DNA of 64,000 nt from Vicinamibacteria bacterium (GTDB lineage Bacteria; Acidobacteriota; Vicinamibacteria; Marinacidobacterales; Marinacidobacteraceae), in NCBI GenBank assembly GCA_964291235.2, contig OZ219816.1, positions 1,824,001 to 1,888,000 on the forward strand, given 5' to 3'. Shown piece after piece: positions 1-10,483 of this stretch; position 1 is the stretch's first letter; each line of letters starts with the position of its first letter. The notes beneath the pieces are model-generated. The model had not been told where the DNA came from and searched no databases. It worked only from the letters and a program-made list of their open reading frames with translations. The position numbers and the translations under genes were made by a program.

Positions 1-2015
1 CGTCCCGGAAGCTCGCCGAGCGGATCGGTTGGCCCCGGATCAGCACCGACGAGTTGCTGGAAGCCCGCCTTGGCCCGATCCCCGCATTCGTCGAGCGGTT
101 CGGCTGGGACCGCTTCCGCGAGGAAGAAGCCGCGGTGCTTGCCGGAATTGCCGGCGAGCGCCTGGTGGTGGACTGCGGCGGGGGGATCGTGGAAACCCCG
201 GAAAACATCCCCAGGCTGCGGGAACTGGGAACGGTCTATTGGGCGCGCGCGCCGGTGGCCGTCCTCAGGGAACGGCTCGCGCGACCGAAGCACCGCGCCG
301 CCCGACCCCCGCTGCCGGGCATTCCACCGGAAGACGAGGCCGTCCTGGTCCTGGAGCGGCGGACGCCGCTCTACCGGGAAGCCGCCGTTTGCGATCTCTG
401 GAGCACCGCTTCCAGCGGAGCCGATCAGGAGGAAGCGGTCGAGACCCTGCTGACCGCGCACTTTGGGCCCCGGCTCGCCCTCACCGTGGCCGGGGCAACG
501 CCAGCGGCACTGCGCGCCGGTATCGATGCCGCCGCCGCCGAGGCCGGGCCGCTGGATCTCGTCGAACTGCGGCTCGACACTCTCGACGCGCCGGACCTCC
601 CCGACGTGGAAGCGATTCTCGGCCGCCTGCCGAAGCCGCTCCTGGCGCGGCTGATCGCCACCGTACGCCGGCGGAGCGAAGGCGGGAACTTCGCGGGAAG
701 CGAAAACGACCGGATCGGGCTTCTTGCCGAAGCCGGGCGTCAGGGCGCGGCGTACTGCGACCTCGAGTTCGAAGCGGATCGGGAAAGCGGCGGGGAGCAC
801 GCCCGCCGCATCCGGGCGGCGGCCCCCTCGGTCCGCCTGGTGGCCTCCGTCCACGACCTGACCGGTGTTCCGGCGGGCCTCGAAGACCTGCCGGAGCGGA
901 TGGCGACCATGCGACCGGCCCTCACCAAGGTGGCGGTCCAGGCCGGCGGATGGACGGACGTCCAGCGGGTGCAGGCCCTGATTCGGGATGAGGCCACCCG
1001 GAAGACGTCCATCATCGGGATCGCCATGGGGGCGACCGGGGCTCCACTCCGGGTAATCGCCGGAGCCTCGGGTGCGGCGCTTTCCACCTACGCCCCCCCG
1101 GAGGGGCTGCCCGCGGTGGCCGGCGGACAGCTCAGCGCGAAAGACATCCGCTCCCGGCATCGCCGCTGGGGGCGGCGGCTCCATGCCCTGGTTCCGGTGT
1201 ACGGGGTCATGGGCAACCCGATCCGCCAAAGCCTGAGTCCGCCGATGCACGAGGCCGCGTTCCGGCGCCTGGGCATCGAAGCCGCCTACCTTCCCTTCGA
1301 GGTCCCGCCCGCCGAACTGGCCGACTTTCTCCTCGCCGCCCGGCTCAGCGGGGTGGGCGGCCTCAACGTGACGATTCCCCTGAAGCGCGCCGTCCTCCCG
1401 TTGCTCGACGCCCTGGACGACGATGCGCGCCGGATCGGCGCGGTGAATACCATCATCCCGATGAACGGCGGATTCCTGGGAGCCAATACGGACTGGATCG
1501 GGGCGATCCGGTCGCTCGAGGAGGTCACCCCGCTGGCCGGCCGGCGGATTACCGTGCTGGGAGCGGGCGGATCGGCGCGCGCGGTGCTGCACGGGTTGGT
1601 CCGCTCCGGCGCGGAACCCGTGGTGGTGTCGCGCGACGACGGGAAAGCGGCGGCGCTTGCGGACGAAATGGGTGTCCGCCACGCCCCGTTGGCCTCCCTG
1701 GAGGGGGCCCAGGGCGACATTCTGGTAAATACCACCCCCGTGGGAATGGCGCCCCATGACGGAGATTGTCCGGCTCCTGACGCCGCCATCGCCGCTCACG
1801 AGGTGGTCTTCGACCTGGTGTTTCATCCCGAACAGACCGAACTCCTCCGGAAGGCGGCCGGGCTCGGCAAGCGGAACGTCTCCGGACTGCGCATGCTCAT
1901 CCTGCAAGCGGCCGCCGCGTTCGAACGCTGGACCGGCCGCCCCGCCCCGACCGAGGTCATGGCGGCCGCCGCCAGGAAGGCGAGCCAAACCAGGACGGCG
2001 AACCATGCCCGGTAG
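1..2015 (+). CDS. Trifunctional shikimate kinase / type I 3-dehydroquinate dehydratase / shikimate dehydrogenase fusion (5' end outside window)
   Basis: Frame is open from the window edge ([20 protein letters not shown]..., FREEE, DCGGG: AroK-like). Type I DHQase follows (VELRLD, ASVHD, TKVAV, AMG..G...R, GQL), then SDH ([35 protein letters not shown]). Confidence 0.9.
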   Translation, partial: SRKLAERIGWPRISTDELLEARLGPIPAFVERFGWDRFREEEAAVLAGIAGERLVVDCGGGIVETPENIPRLRELGTVYWARAPVAVLRERLARPKHRAARPPLPGIPPEDEAVLVLERRTPLYREAAVCDLWSTASSGADQEEAVETLLTAHFGPRLALTVAGATPAALRAGIDAAAAEAGPLDLVELRLDTLDAPDLPDVEAILGRLPKPLLARLIATVRRRSEGGNFAGSENDRIGLLAEAGRQGAAYCDLEFEADRESGGEHARRIRAAAPSVRLVASVHDLTGVPAGLEDLPERMATMRPALTKVAVQAGGWTDVQRVQALIRDEATRKTSIIGIAMGATGAPLRVIAGASGAALSTYAPPEGLPAVAGGQLSAKDIRSRHRRWGRRLHALVPVYGVMGNPIRQSLSPPMHEAAFRRLGIEAAYLPFEVPPAELADFLLAARLSGVGGLNVTIPLKRAVLPLLDALDDDARRIGAVNTIIPMNGGFLGANTDWIGAIRSLEEVTPLAGRRITVLGAGGSARAVLHGLVRSGAEPVVVSRDDGKAAALADEMGVRHAPLASLEGAQGDILVNTTPVGMAPHDGDCPAPDAAIAAHEVVFDLVFHPEQTELLRKAAGLGKRNVSGLRMLILQAAAAFERWTGRPAPTEVMAAAARKASQTRTANHAR

Positions 2016-3102
2016 CTCGATTGGCCAGGCGTTCCGGGTCACGACCTGGGGGGAGTCGCACGGACCCGCCATTGGAGTGGTGGTGGACGGCTGCCCGCCC
2101 CGGCTCCCGCTGAGCGAGGAAGATGTCCAGAAGGAACTCGACCGGCGGCGTCCCGGCCAGAGCGGGCTCACCACGCCGCGCCAGGAGGCGGATCGCGTCC
2201 TCATCCAGTCGGGGGTCCTCGCCGGCCAGACGACGGGCCATCCCATTGCGATGATGGTCCAAAATCGCGACGCCCGGCCCGCGGACTACGAGGCCCTCAA
2301 GACCGTCTATCGACCGAGTCACGCGGACTACACCTTCGAGACCAAATACGGCATCCGGGACCCCAGCGGCGGTGGGCGCTCGTCAGCGCGGGTGACGGTC
2401 GGGCACGTCGCCGCGGGAGCGGTTGCCCGGCGGTTTCTCGAGCAGCGTTTCGGCGTCGAATGCACGGCGTATGTCAAGCGCACGAAGGACATCGAGGCCG
2501 AGGTCGATCCGGAGCGAGTGACGCGGGCCGACGTGGAACGGACGCCGGTCCGCTGTCCGGACCCCGAAACCGCCACCCGCATGGTGGAGCTGATCGAGCG
2601 GACGCGGGACGCCCGGAATTCCATCGGCGGCGTGATCGAGTGCGCGGTGCGAGGCGTTCCCCCGGGACTCGGGGAGCCGGTCTTCGACAAGCTGGAAAGT
2701 GACCTCGCGAAGGCCATGCTCGCGATCAACGCCAGCAAGGGATTCGAGATTGGGTCCGGATTCGCCGGCACCCACCTCTTCGGGAGCCAGCACAACGACC
2801 GCTTCCTGATGAAGGACGGGCGGATGACGACCGAGACGAACCACGCCGGCGGCGTGCTGGGCGGTATCTCGACCGGGATGCCCATCGTCTTCCGGGTGGC
2901 GTTCAAACCCACTTCGACCATCGGGATGGCGCAGCGAACCGTGGACTCGGAGGGAAAGGAAGTCACCCTCGAAGCCAAGGGACGGCATGACCCCTGCGTC
3001 CTTCCCCGCGCCGTCCCGATCGTGGAGGCCATGGCGTGCCTGGTGCTGGCGGATCACGCCCTGCGGCAGGCGGCGATCAGCGGTCCGGACGCGAGCTTGT
3101 GA
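2005..3102 (+). CDS. aroC: Chorismate synthase
   Basis: [29 protein letters not shown] and GRHDPCV motifs; ATG at 2005 overlaps the end of the upstream gene. Confidence 0.97.
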   Translation: MPGSSIGQAFRVTTWGESHGPAIGVVVDGCPPRLPLSEEDVQKELDRRRPGQSGLTTPRQEADRVLIQSGVLAGQTTGHPIAMMVQNRDARPADYEALKTVYRPSHADYTFETKYGIRDPSGGGRSSARVTVGHVAAGAVARRFLEQRFGVECTAYVKRTKDIEAEVDPERVTRADVERTPVRCPDPETATRMVELIERTRDARNSIGGVIECAVRGVPPGLGEPVFDKLESDLAKAMLAINASKGFEIGSGFAGTHLFGSQHNDRFLMKDGRMTTETNHAGGVLGGISTGMPIVFRVAFKPTSTIGMAQRTVDSEGKEVTLEAKGRHDPCVLPRAVPIVEAMACLVLADHALRQAAISGPDASL

Positions 3103-3177
3103 CGGGGGCGGGGTCGGAGCCCCGGCCGCTGCCTCACCCGATCCGCCCGGGCCCGGGCCAACATGAGCGAAACAGTG

Positions 3178-3199
3178 TCAAGTTATACTTGAAGATAAT
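3178..3199 (+). promoter_or_regulatory. AT-rich promoter region of tRNA-Ala with inverted repeat TCAAGT-TAT-ACTTGA
   Basis: Perfect 6-bp inverted repeat at 3178-3192; -10-like hexamers TATACT (3184-3189) and GATAAT (3194-3199) just upstream of the tRNA. Confidence 0.5.
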
Positions 3200-3209
3200 C
3201 CAGCCACGG

Positions 3210-3285
3210 GGGCGGCTAGCTCAGCTGGGAGAGCGCGGCGTTCGCAATGCCGAGGTCACGGGTTCGATCCCCGTGCCGTCCACCA
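3210..3285 (+). tRNA. tRNA-Ala(CGC)
   Basis: 76-nt cloverleaf: acceptor GGGCGGC/GCCGTCC with the G3:U70 alanine determinant, anticodon loop TTCGCAA, GGTTCGATCCC T-arm and encoded CCA. Confidence 0.97.
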
Positions 3286-3317
3286 CTGGAAGGAAAACCG
3301 CAGGGGGTAGCACGACG

Positions 3318-4037
3318 ATGCGACGAGGTGCTTCCGTTCGGGGCTGGGCCCTGCTGGCATCGTTCGTGGCGACTCTCCCCGCCGCCTCCGGAGAACCGGC
3401 TCCGCCCAGGCTCGCTCCCGATCCCGAGGCGGTCGCGCTCATCGAACGAGTCGAGGCCTACCACCAGTCACTGCCCCACTTCGAGGCGCGCTTCGAACAG
3501 CGCTTTTCGCCGCGTATCTTCGGGCGTGACCGGGTGGAGACCGGCCGCCTGACGGTCAAGCGGCCCGGCCGCATGCGTTGGGACTACGAGGCACCGGAAT
3601 CGAAGGCCTTCGTCAGCGACGGAAACAACACCTGGTTCCACGTGCCCGCCGACCAGCAGGTAGTGGTGGGCGCCTTCGGCGGTGACGGCCAGCGAGCCGA
3701 CGGGGAAGGCGGCGGGTTGAATCCGCTGGAGTTCCTGACCGGAGACGCCACGATCCTGGATCACTTCGATGCCCTGCTCGGGAACGAGGCGACGGCCGGA
3801 CTGCACACCGTCAGTCTGGTTCCCCGGCAGGCGAACGGAGAGATCACCTCCCTCTCGCTTACCGTGGACGCCGACAGCGGCCGCATCCAGGGGATCGAGT
3901 CCGAAGACCTCGAAGGGAACCGGACGACCTTCCGGTTCAGCGATTTCCGCTACGGGCCTCCTCCCGAGGACTCGCTGTTCACCTTCACCATCCCCCCGGG
4001 CACCGACGTGGTGACGGCGGCGGATCTGCGTCCGTGA
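3318..4037 (+). CDS. lolA: Outer-membrane lipoprotein carrier protein LolA
   Basis: Signal peptide, then FEQ...G.L...RPGRMRWDY..P....FVSDG..W and D.EGN.T.FRF LolA motifs. Confidence 0.85.
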   Translation: MRRGASVRGWALLASFVATLPAASGEPAPPRLAPDPEAVALIERVEAYHQSLPHFEARFEQRFSPRIFGRDRVETGRLTVKRPGRMRWDYEAPESKAFVSDGNNTWFHVPADQQVVVGAFGGDGQRADGEGGGLNPLEFLTGDATILDHFDALLGNEATAGLHTVSLVPRQANGEITSLSLTVDADSGRIQGIESEDLEGNRTTFRFSDFRYGPPPEDSLFTFTIPPGTDVVTAADLRP

Positions 4038-5677
4038 AACTCCTGGGGAGGGACCCGCGTGGGTTCCTGATCGCGTGCCTGCTGCTCGCCGCCGGCTGCG
4101 CCACCAGTCGTCATTTCACCGCCGGAGAGGCCGCGGAACGGCTCGGCCGCTACGACGACGCCGTGGCGCAGTATGCCCGGGCGGTCGCGGAGAATCCCTC
4201 CGACGCGGCGGCCCGGCTCTCGCTGACGCGGGTCAAGCTGCGCGCCGCCGAAGGCCACGCGCAGGCGGCGGAACGCCTCGCGGCGCTCAACGATTTCGCC
4301 GCGGCGGAGGACGCGCTCCGGGCGGCCATCATCCTGGCTCCCGGGGAAACGTCGTACCAGGAACGGCTGGCGGTCATTCAGGAGGCGGTCCAGGAGCAGG
4401 CCGACGAGACGCGGGCGCTGACCCTCGCCGAGTTGAAGGAGGAGGCCCTGACCCGGCCGCTGGGCCTCGACGTGCCGGAAGAAGCCCGCGCGCCGGCGAG
4501 TTTCGTGTTCCGGAACGCCAGCCTGCGCTACGTCCTCCTGACCCTCGGGGAAATCGCCGGCGTGAATGTCGCCTTCGACGAGGACTTCGTGGACCAGACG
4601 GTCTCCATCGAGGCGGAGGACTCGACTTTCGAGGACGCGATCCGCGGTCTGACCGAGACCACGGGACATTTCTTCCGTGTCGAGTCCCCACACCTGATCA
4701 CGATCGTGCCGGACACCCAGAACAAGCGCCTCCAGTACGAACAGCAGGTGGCGCAGACCTTCTATCTGTCCTCGGCGGACCTCACCCAGACCGCCGACAC
4801 GCTCCGCATCGTGCTGGGAATCCGCCAGATCGCCCAGCATGAGGGCACCAACTCGATCACGATGGTGGACACCTGGGAGCAGGTCCGCTCAGCGCAGCGC
4901 ATCATCGAAGCCCTGGACCGCAGTCCCGGCGAAGTGGTCGTGGATGTGGAGCTCATGGAGGTCAACCGGACCCACCTCGAGCAGTACGGCATTCCCCTGC
5001 TGTCGCCGGGGACCGATGGACAGGGAATCTCGGCCGCACTGACCCCGCGGCTGGACACCGTCCTCCAAAACCCCTACACCCGAGCGAACCTCCAGATCGC
5101 GGGCCTCCCGGGCGCCATCCTGAACCTGGTCCGCTCGGATACGGACACCCACGTACTGGCCAATCCGCAGCTTCGGGCGTCCGACGGCAAGCCGGCGCTT
5201 GCCGATTTCGGCGAACGCGTGCCGGTTCCGGTAACCACCTTCGCGCCGATTGCCACCGGCGGCCTCGCGCAACAGCCCACTACCACCTTCGAGTACGAGA
5301 ACGTGGGAGTCAGCATCGAGGTGCTCCCCCGGATCCACCACGACGACAGCGTGACCCTGGAAGTCAAGGTGCGCCTCGACAACGTGTCCGGCACCGGGTA
5401 TTCCGGCTTGCCGACCTTCGGGAACCGGAACGTGGAAACGACCCTGCGCCTGAGAAACGGCGAGACCAGCATGATCGCCGGCCTCATCCGTCAGGAAGAG
5501 CGAACCAGCCTGAGCGGGCTTCCCGGCATCGCCGACGTTCCGGTCATCGGGCGGCTGTTCGCCCAGAACTCCGACAACCTGACGGAGTCCGACATCATCC
5601 TGACGATCACCCCGAGGATTGCGCGGCGCGCGGATCTGGATCGGGAAACGCTCCTGCCCCACATCGTCCGAAGGTAG
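4034..5677 (+). CDS. TPR-containing lipoprotein secretin (GspD/PilQ type II/III secretion family)
   Basis: Lipobox LLAAGC, TPR-like helices, N domains and secretin C domain (LANPQLR, GERVP, ENVGV.I.V.P.IH, L.LRNGET..IAGLI, LPGIADVPVIGRLF). Confidence 0.85.
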   Translation: MKLLGRDPRGFLIACLLLAAGCATSRHFTAGEAAERLGRYDDAVAQYARAVAENPSDAAARLSLTRVKLRAAEGHAQAAERLAALNDFAAAEDALRAAIILAPGETSYQERLAVIQEAVQEQADETRALTLAELKEEALTRPLGLDVPEEARAPASFVFRNASLRYVLLTLGEIAGVNVAFDEDFVDQTVSIEAEDSTFEDAIRGLTETTGHFFRVESPHLITIVPDTQNKRLQYEQQVAQTFYLSSADLTQTADTLRIVLGIRQIAQHEGTNSITMVDTWEQVRSAQRIIEALDRSPGEVVVDVELMEVNRTHLEQYGIPLLSPGTDGQGISAALTPRLDTVLQNPYTRANLQIAGLPGAILNLVRSDTDTHVLANPQLRASDGKPALADFGERVPVPVTTFAPIATGGLAQQPTTTFEYENVGVSIEVLPRIHHDDSVTLEVKVRLDNVSGTGYSGLPTFGNRNVETTLRLRNGETSMIAGLIRQEERTSLSGLPGIADVPVIGRLFAQNSDNLTESDIILTITPRIARRADLDRETLLPHIVRR

Positions 5678-5731
5678 CCAGGCGCGGGCGGCGCGCCCGG
5701 CAAGTTCCTGCGGACTCCTGTTCCGGAGCCC

Positions 5732-7393
5732 CTATTCGGAACTCCGTTCCGGAACAAAAGCCGGGCCGCGAAGCGCCCGGCCCGGCAGCGCCCGGGTGTA
5801 CTCGCCGTCGTCAACGACCGGGGTGCCGTTGACGAGGACGTAACGCATGCCGACCGAGTAGTGGAACGGGTCTTCGAAAGTGGCCATCCCCTGGATCGTC
5901 TCCGGATCGAAAACCGCGATGTCGGCGAAATAGCCGTCCTCGAGCGTGCCCCGCTCCTCGAGGCCGAGAATCTCCGCGGGAAGCCCGCTCAGCTTCCGGA
6001 TGGCTTCCTCCCAACTCAGGAGCCCCTCCTCGCGCACGTAGGTGCCGAGCAGGCGCGGGACGGTACCCAGGTGGCGGGGATGCACGAGCGGGGGGAGGTT
6101 CTCCGAGTCCAGGTCCAAGGCGCCCCCGTCGGTTCCGCCGGCCACGTACGGCTTCGCCAGGACCTGACGGAGGGTGTCCTCCTCGTTGTTCCAGTCGATG
6201 ACGATGCCGCGGCCTTCCTGCTTGAGGACCACGTCCATGAAGACCTCTTCGGGAGGTTGGCTCCGCATCTCGGAGACCTCCTCGACCAGCTTCCCGTTCA
6301 CCTCCGGATCGTCCACCCCGAGCCGGACGCGGTGCCAGCCGATGTTGGCCAGATAGGGTGGCTCGGTCACGAAATCGCCGGCGATGCGTTCCCGGATTGC
6401 CGGGTCGCGCAGTCGTTCGAGCATTGCCTCGACGCCGCCTTCCTGGGCCCAGGCGGGGATGTAACTGGAGAGTCCGGTGATGCCCCAGGTATAGGTGTAG
6501 CTGTCGCCGGTGACCTCCATGCCGCGGCTCCGGGCCTCGTCGATGATCCCCAGGAAGGTGTCCGCCTCGGTCGAGGAGATGGAGTTCAAATGGAAGAAAT
6601 GCACCGGCGCGCCAGCCTGCTCCCCGATGGCCAGAGCCTCGCGGATCGCCTCCGGATCGGTGCCGTTCATGGTGCGCGCGTGGTTCGCGAACAGGCCGCC
6701 GAGCGCCGCCGCCTCGCCCACGATCGCGGCCAGCTCGTCGGTTGACATGTAGATGTTGGGCACGTAGCTGAGCCCCGCCGAAACCCCGAAGGCGCCATCC
6801 GTCATCGCTTCCCGGGTAAGCCGCAGCATCGCCTCGAGTTCCTCATCGGTCGGCGCCCGATCCTCGTATCCCATCACGTACGCCCGCACCGCACCGGAGC
6901 CCACGTAAGACACGACGTTGATGGAGACGCCCACCTCCTCCACGTAGTCGAGGAACCCCCCGAGGGTGTCCCACTGTCCCTCGAGTTCGTCGGGGAGACG
7001 GCGCTCGATCCGGCCGCCGGTCGGCCCCATCGAAAACGTCTCGCCGTACACCTCGGTCGTCAGTCCCTGAAAGGCGAACGAGGGTCCCTGCCCGCCGTTC
7101 AGCAGCCGGGCGACCTCGGAGTGGGAGTGCATGTCGATGAAGCCGGGAGCCACATAGAGCCCCTCGGCCTCGATCGTCCGTTCTCCCTCGCCCAGGTCCG
7201 TACCGACCGCCGCGATGCGGTCCCCGCGGATCGCCACGTCGGCGAGGCGGCCCGGCGCCCCGGTGCCGTCAAAGACGGTGCCTCCCCGGATCACCAGGTC
7301 GTATTCGGGCGGAGCGCAACCAAGGGCGCAGGCGACCAGGATCCAACCGAACGGCGCCGTGCGCGTCCACGTGCGTTTTCCCGTGAGTTTCAA
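5732..7393 (-). CDS. N-acyl-D-amino-acid deacylase family amidohydrolase (lipoprotein); start approximate
   Basis: DLVIRGGTVFDGTG, PGFIDMHSH, HPR..GT.PR.LG, G..ADI.VFD; lipobox CALGC; TTG at 7393 lies 9 nt after a TACCAT -10 hexamer. Confidence 0.85.
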   Translation of the reverse strand: MKLTGKRTWTRTAPFGWILVACALGCAPPEYDLVIRGGTVFDGTGAPGRLADVAIRGDRIAAVGTDLGEGERTIEAEGLYVAPGFIDMHSHSEVARLLNGGQGPSFAFQGLTTEVYGETFSMGPTGGRIERRLPDELEGQWDTLGGFLDYVEEVGVSINVVSYVGSGAVRAYVMGYEDRAPTDEELEAMLRLTREAMTDGAFGVSAGLSYVPNIYMSTDELAAIVGEAAALGGLFANHARTMNGTDPEAIREALAIGEQAGAPVHFFHLNSISSTEADTFLGIIDEARSRGMEVTGDSYTYTWGITGLSSYIPAWAQEGGVEAMLERLRDPAIRERIAGDFVTEPPYLANIGWHRVRLGVDDPEVNGKLVEEVSEMRSQPPEEVFMDVVLKQEGRGIVIDWNNEEDTLRQVLAKPYVAGGTDGGALDLDSENLPPLVHPRHLGTVPRLLGTYVREEGLLSWEEAIRKLSGLPAEILGLEERGTLEDGYFADIAVFDPETIQGMATFEDPFHYSVGMRYVLVNGTPVVDDGEYTRALPGRALRGPAFVPERSSE

Positions 7394-7482
7394 GCCGCGG
7401 CCATGGTAGTCGAGTCGGGATTCTGGAGCCCCGCCGAGCCAGCGCCCGGCGAGGAGGGGCCCCCGCGGGGCCGGCCGAACTC

Positions 7483-8934
7483 TTACTGCCTGAGCTGGGC
7501 GGCCACGGCCTCCGGGACGCCGCCGAAGTGGCCGTTCGACAGGAACAGGAGCACGGTGGGGCCGTCTCCGGCGGCCAACTCGCCGGTGCGCCGGATCAAT
7601 GCGGAATGGTCGTCGAAAACCTCGGCGGGGACCTCGAACAACGCCACGTCCCGAGCCAGCCGCTCGAGGTCGAGGGCCGCCGTGCCCGGCAGCCGGCGGC
7701 CCCGTTTTTCGCCAGCCGGAGACGCGAGCAGCACGCGGCTCGCCAGCCGGAATGCCTCCGCGAAGCGGTCCTGGAACACTGCGCTCCGGGCCGTGAAGGA
7801 GCGCGGTTCGAAGATCGCGACCAGGCGCGCGTCGGGCCAGCGGTGGGACGCCCCCTCGAGGACCGCCTCGACCGCGGTTGGGTGATGGGCGAAGTCCCGG
7901 ACCGCGAGCGTCCGTCCGTCCGGACTCGCGGCAAGCTCCTGGAGGCGGCGTTCCACTCCGGAGAACCCTCGGACCGCATCGCGGATCGCTTCCCACGGGA
8001 CACCCAGCCACTCGGCGGTCGCCGCCGCCGCCAGAACGTTCCGCGCCGCGGCCCGTCCCCAGAACCGGCCCTCGAGGGGCGGCCTCGGCGAGCCGCGAAA
8101 CGCCGTATCGAGACGGCTTCCGGAAGGGCCGCTGGTCGCGATGGCGCCGATCCAGTCGGCCGCGGCGTCATCCCCGTCCGCGACCGAGAACGTCTGCACC
8201 GAGGTGTGGGCCGCCGGGGCGAGTTCGGCGGCGGCCGCCGAATCGGCCCCGAGCAACAGGAGTCCGCGCCGCGGGGGCAGCCGGGCCAGGAAGGCAAACT
8301 GCCGGCGAACCGCCGCGAAGTCGGAGTAGATGTCCGCGTGGTCGAACTCCACGTTGCCGATGATGGCCACCTCCGGCAGGTAGTGGAGAAACTTCGGTCC
8401 CTTGTCCCAGAACGCGGTGTCGTACTCGTCTCCCTCGACGACGAACGGTTCACCCGGCGCCCCGAGCTCGAAACTCCCTCCCAGATCGGTCGCCACCCCT
8501 CCCACCAGGAAGCCGGCTTCGCGTCCCGACGCGCGCAGAATCCAGGCGAGCAGCGAAGTGGTGGTCGTCTTCCCGTGGGTTCCGGCAACCACCACCGGCA
8601 CCCGCGGCCGGAGGACCAGTTCCCTGAGGGTTTCCGGGAAGGAGACGAGCGGCAGGCGGCGGTCAAGCGCCGCCTCGAGTTCGGGGTTACCGCGCGAGAT
8701 CGCGTTGCCGACAATCACCGCGCTGCAATCCTCGGGGAGATTCTCCGCCCGGAACGGCGTCCGAACCTCAATGCCCTCCCGGTCGAGAACCGTGGACATC
8801 GGGGGATAGGCCCCCTGATCCGATCCGCTGACCAGGTAGCCGAGCCGGGTGAGCAGACCCGCGAGCGACGCCATCGCGGTGCCCGCGATTCCCAGCACGT
8901 GGAGGCGGTCGCCCGGCCGCAGCCCGGTGATCAC
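7483..8934 (-). CDS. mpl: Murein peptide ligase Mpl (UDP-MurNAc:L-Ala-gamma-D-Glu-mDAP ligase)
   Basis: GIAGTAMASLA, SD..YPPMS, GNAISRGNPE, AGTHGKTTTTS, EGDEYDTAF.DK..KF.HY, DFAHHPTA and FEPRS motifs. Confidence 0.92.
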   Translation of the reverse strand: MITGLRPGDRLHVLGIAGTAMASLAGLLTRLGYLVSGSDQGAYPPMSTVLDREGIEVRTPFRAENLPEDCSAVIVGNAISRGNPELEAALDRRLPLVSFPETLRELVLRPRVPVVVAGTHGKTTTTSLLAWILRASGREAGFLVGGVATDLGGSFELGAPGEPFVVEGDEYDTAFWDKGPKFLHYLPEVAIIGNVEFDHADIYSDFAAVRRQFAFLARLPPRRGLLLLGADSAAAAELAPAAHTSVQTFSVADGDDAAADWIGAIATSGPSGSRLDTAFRGSPRPPLEGRFWGRAAARNVLAAAATAEWLGVPWEAIRDAVRGFSGVERRLQELAASPDGRTLAVRDFAHHPTAVEAVLEGASHRWPDARLVAIFEPRSFTARSAVFQDRFAEAFRLASRVLLASPAGEKRGRRLPGTAALDLERLARDVALFEVPAEVFDDHSALIRRTGELAAGDGPTVLLFLSNGHFGGVPEAVAAQLRQ

Positions 8935-9848
8935 GCTACCGCGCCTTCAAGCAGCGTTAACCCGTCCTCGTCCATGCGGGCGCGGACTTCGAAAGGAACC
9001 GTGCGGCACGGGACTCCGTCCGTGTGCCCGGTGGCGAACCCGAAGACGGTCGGGACTCCAAACCGCTCGCTGAGACGGGCGAGCAGTTCCGCCGTGGTGT
9101 ACCCCTGGTCGGGGTGCTGGACGCAGTCCGGCATCCGGCCGAAGACGATTCCCCGCACGCCGTCGAGCAATCCGGCCAGTGACAACTGGGTCAGCATGCG
9201 TTCGATCTGGTACGGCTTGACCGAGATGTCCTCGAGAACCGCGATCGCGTCCCGGAAGGACGTCTGGAACCCAGTGCCGGCGAGCGCCGCCACCATCGAG
9301 AGACAACCTCCTCGAAGCACCCCCTCCGCTCGGCCCGGATGCAGGATTTGGGCGCCTCGCCAAGGCAGGTGAAACCCCGGTTCGGTGGCCTGCAGCAGAC
9401 CCAGCGTTTCCTCCGGATCCCACCGCGAGGGGCCGCGCGCAATCTGCTGCGCAACCATCGGGCCGTGAAACGACGTAACCCCCGCCCGCGAAAGGAGCGC
9501 AAGCAGGGCCGTCAGGTCGCTGCCGCCAAGAATCGCCTTCGGATGGTTGCGCACCCGATCGAGCGGAATGCGGGAGAGCAGGTCGAGACTGCCGTATCCG
9601 CCGCGCGCGCCGAAGATGGCCCCGACCTCCTCATCTTCCAGGAATCTCAGGAAGTCCTCGGTCCGCTCGGCGGCGGATCCGGCCGTGTACACATCGCGTT
9701 TCAGCAGGTGCCGGGATCGGCGGGGAACCAGGCCGACCCGACGGAGTTCGGCTTCTCCCGCCTCGAGCCAGGAAAGCTGGACCGGGCTGGCCGGCGCCAG
9801 GATCCCCACCGCGGCGCCGGGTTGGAGCTGCGGAGGCCGAAGGGCCAT
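8931..9848 (-). CDS. ldcA: LD-carboxypeptidase (peptidase S66)
   Basis: APAS, ARGGYGS, G.SD.T, HGPM, LED..KPY.IERML and GH motifs; ATG at 9848 overlaps the upstream TAA. Confidence 0.9.
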   Translation of the reverse strand: MALRPPQLQPGAAVGILAPASPVQLSWLEAGEAELRRVGLVPRRSRHLLKRDVYTAGSAAERTEDFLRFLEDEEVGAIFGARGGYGSLDLLSRIPLDRVRNHPKAILGGSDLTALLALLSRAGVTSFHGPMVAQQIARGPSRWDPEETLGLLQATEPGFHLPWRGAQILHPGRAEGVLRGGCLSMVAALAGTGFQTSFRDAIAVLEDISVKPYQIERMLTQLSLAGLLDGVRGIVFGRMPDCVQHPDQGYTTAELLARLSERFGVPTVFGFATGHTDGVPCRTVPFEVRARMDEDGLTLLEGAVA

Positions 9849-10483
9849 TAGCGGAGGAACAGGGCGGCGGCGGTCACGACGGCCAGGGCGCCCAGGATCG
9901 CGAGCAGAACCCGGCGCCGCGTGCGTCCGGGCTCTCCCGGAAGCGGCCCGGCAACATGGGGTGTCGGCAGGGTGCCGGAGGGCCACGGGGCCGCGTCCCG
10001 TTCGACAGTTTCCTCCGGTCCGCGGGTTGGTGGAGTCGCGGCCCCGGCCGTGGCCGCCTCGGCCCGATCTCCGCCGGCCCCGGTAGGCGTGTCCGGGAGG
10101 GCCGGCGCCGGGCGGTGGACCGCCATATCCCCGCCGGAGGACTCGATGCGGCATCGGGCGCCGCCGAAGAGCAGGACGTCCCCCGCGTGGATTCGCACCC
10201 GGGTGGGCACGGGCGCTCCGTTGACCCGGCTCTGGTTGGTGCTGTCCAGATCCTCGAGATGCAGTTCGAGATCGCGCAGAATCAGGCGGGCGTGCCTGCG
10301 GCTGACGAACATGTCGTCGAGCCGAACGGTGCACCCCGGGGATCGGCCGATGAAGGTCTCGCGGTTCTGAATCCCGTAGCGCACCGGCGGATCGAGGCGT
10401 TCTCCGGGCGTCGTGCCCGAGCGGACGTTCTCCACGACCAACTCGTAGAGCGCGCGCGTCGAGCCGGAGGATTCGCCCGTCAC
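9848..10483 (-). CDS. FHA domain protein with Pro-rich linker and C-terminal membrane anchor
   Basis: IGR...VSRRHA...LEDLDSTN..VNG FHA signature; C-terminal RRRVLLAILGALAVVTAAALFLR. Confidence 0.85.
   Translation of the reverse strand: MTGESSGSTRALYELVVENVRSGTTPGERLDPPVRYGIQNRETFIGRSPGCTVRLDDMFVSRRHARLILRDLELHLEDLDSTNQSRVNGAPVPTRVRIHAGDVLLFGGARCRIESSGGDMAVHRPAPALPDTPTGAGGDRAEAATAGAATPPTRGPEETVERDAAPWPSGTLPTPHVAGPLPGEPGRTRRRVLLAILGALAVVTAAALFLR

Noticed and set aside
3036-3317. N-terminal extension of the lolA ORF in the track
   Set aside because: It runs through the tRNA-Ala gene; the signal peptide starts at ATG 3318.
3210-3320. Integrative element at the tRNA-Ala 3' end
   Set aside because: No integrase is present and no duplicated tRNA 3' end was seen in the window.
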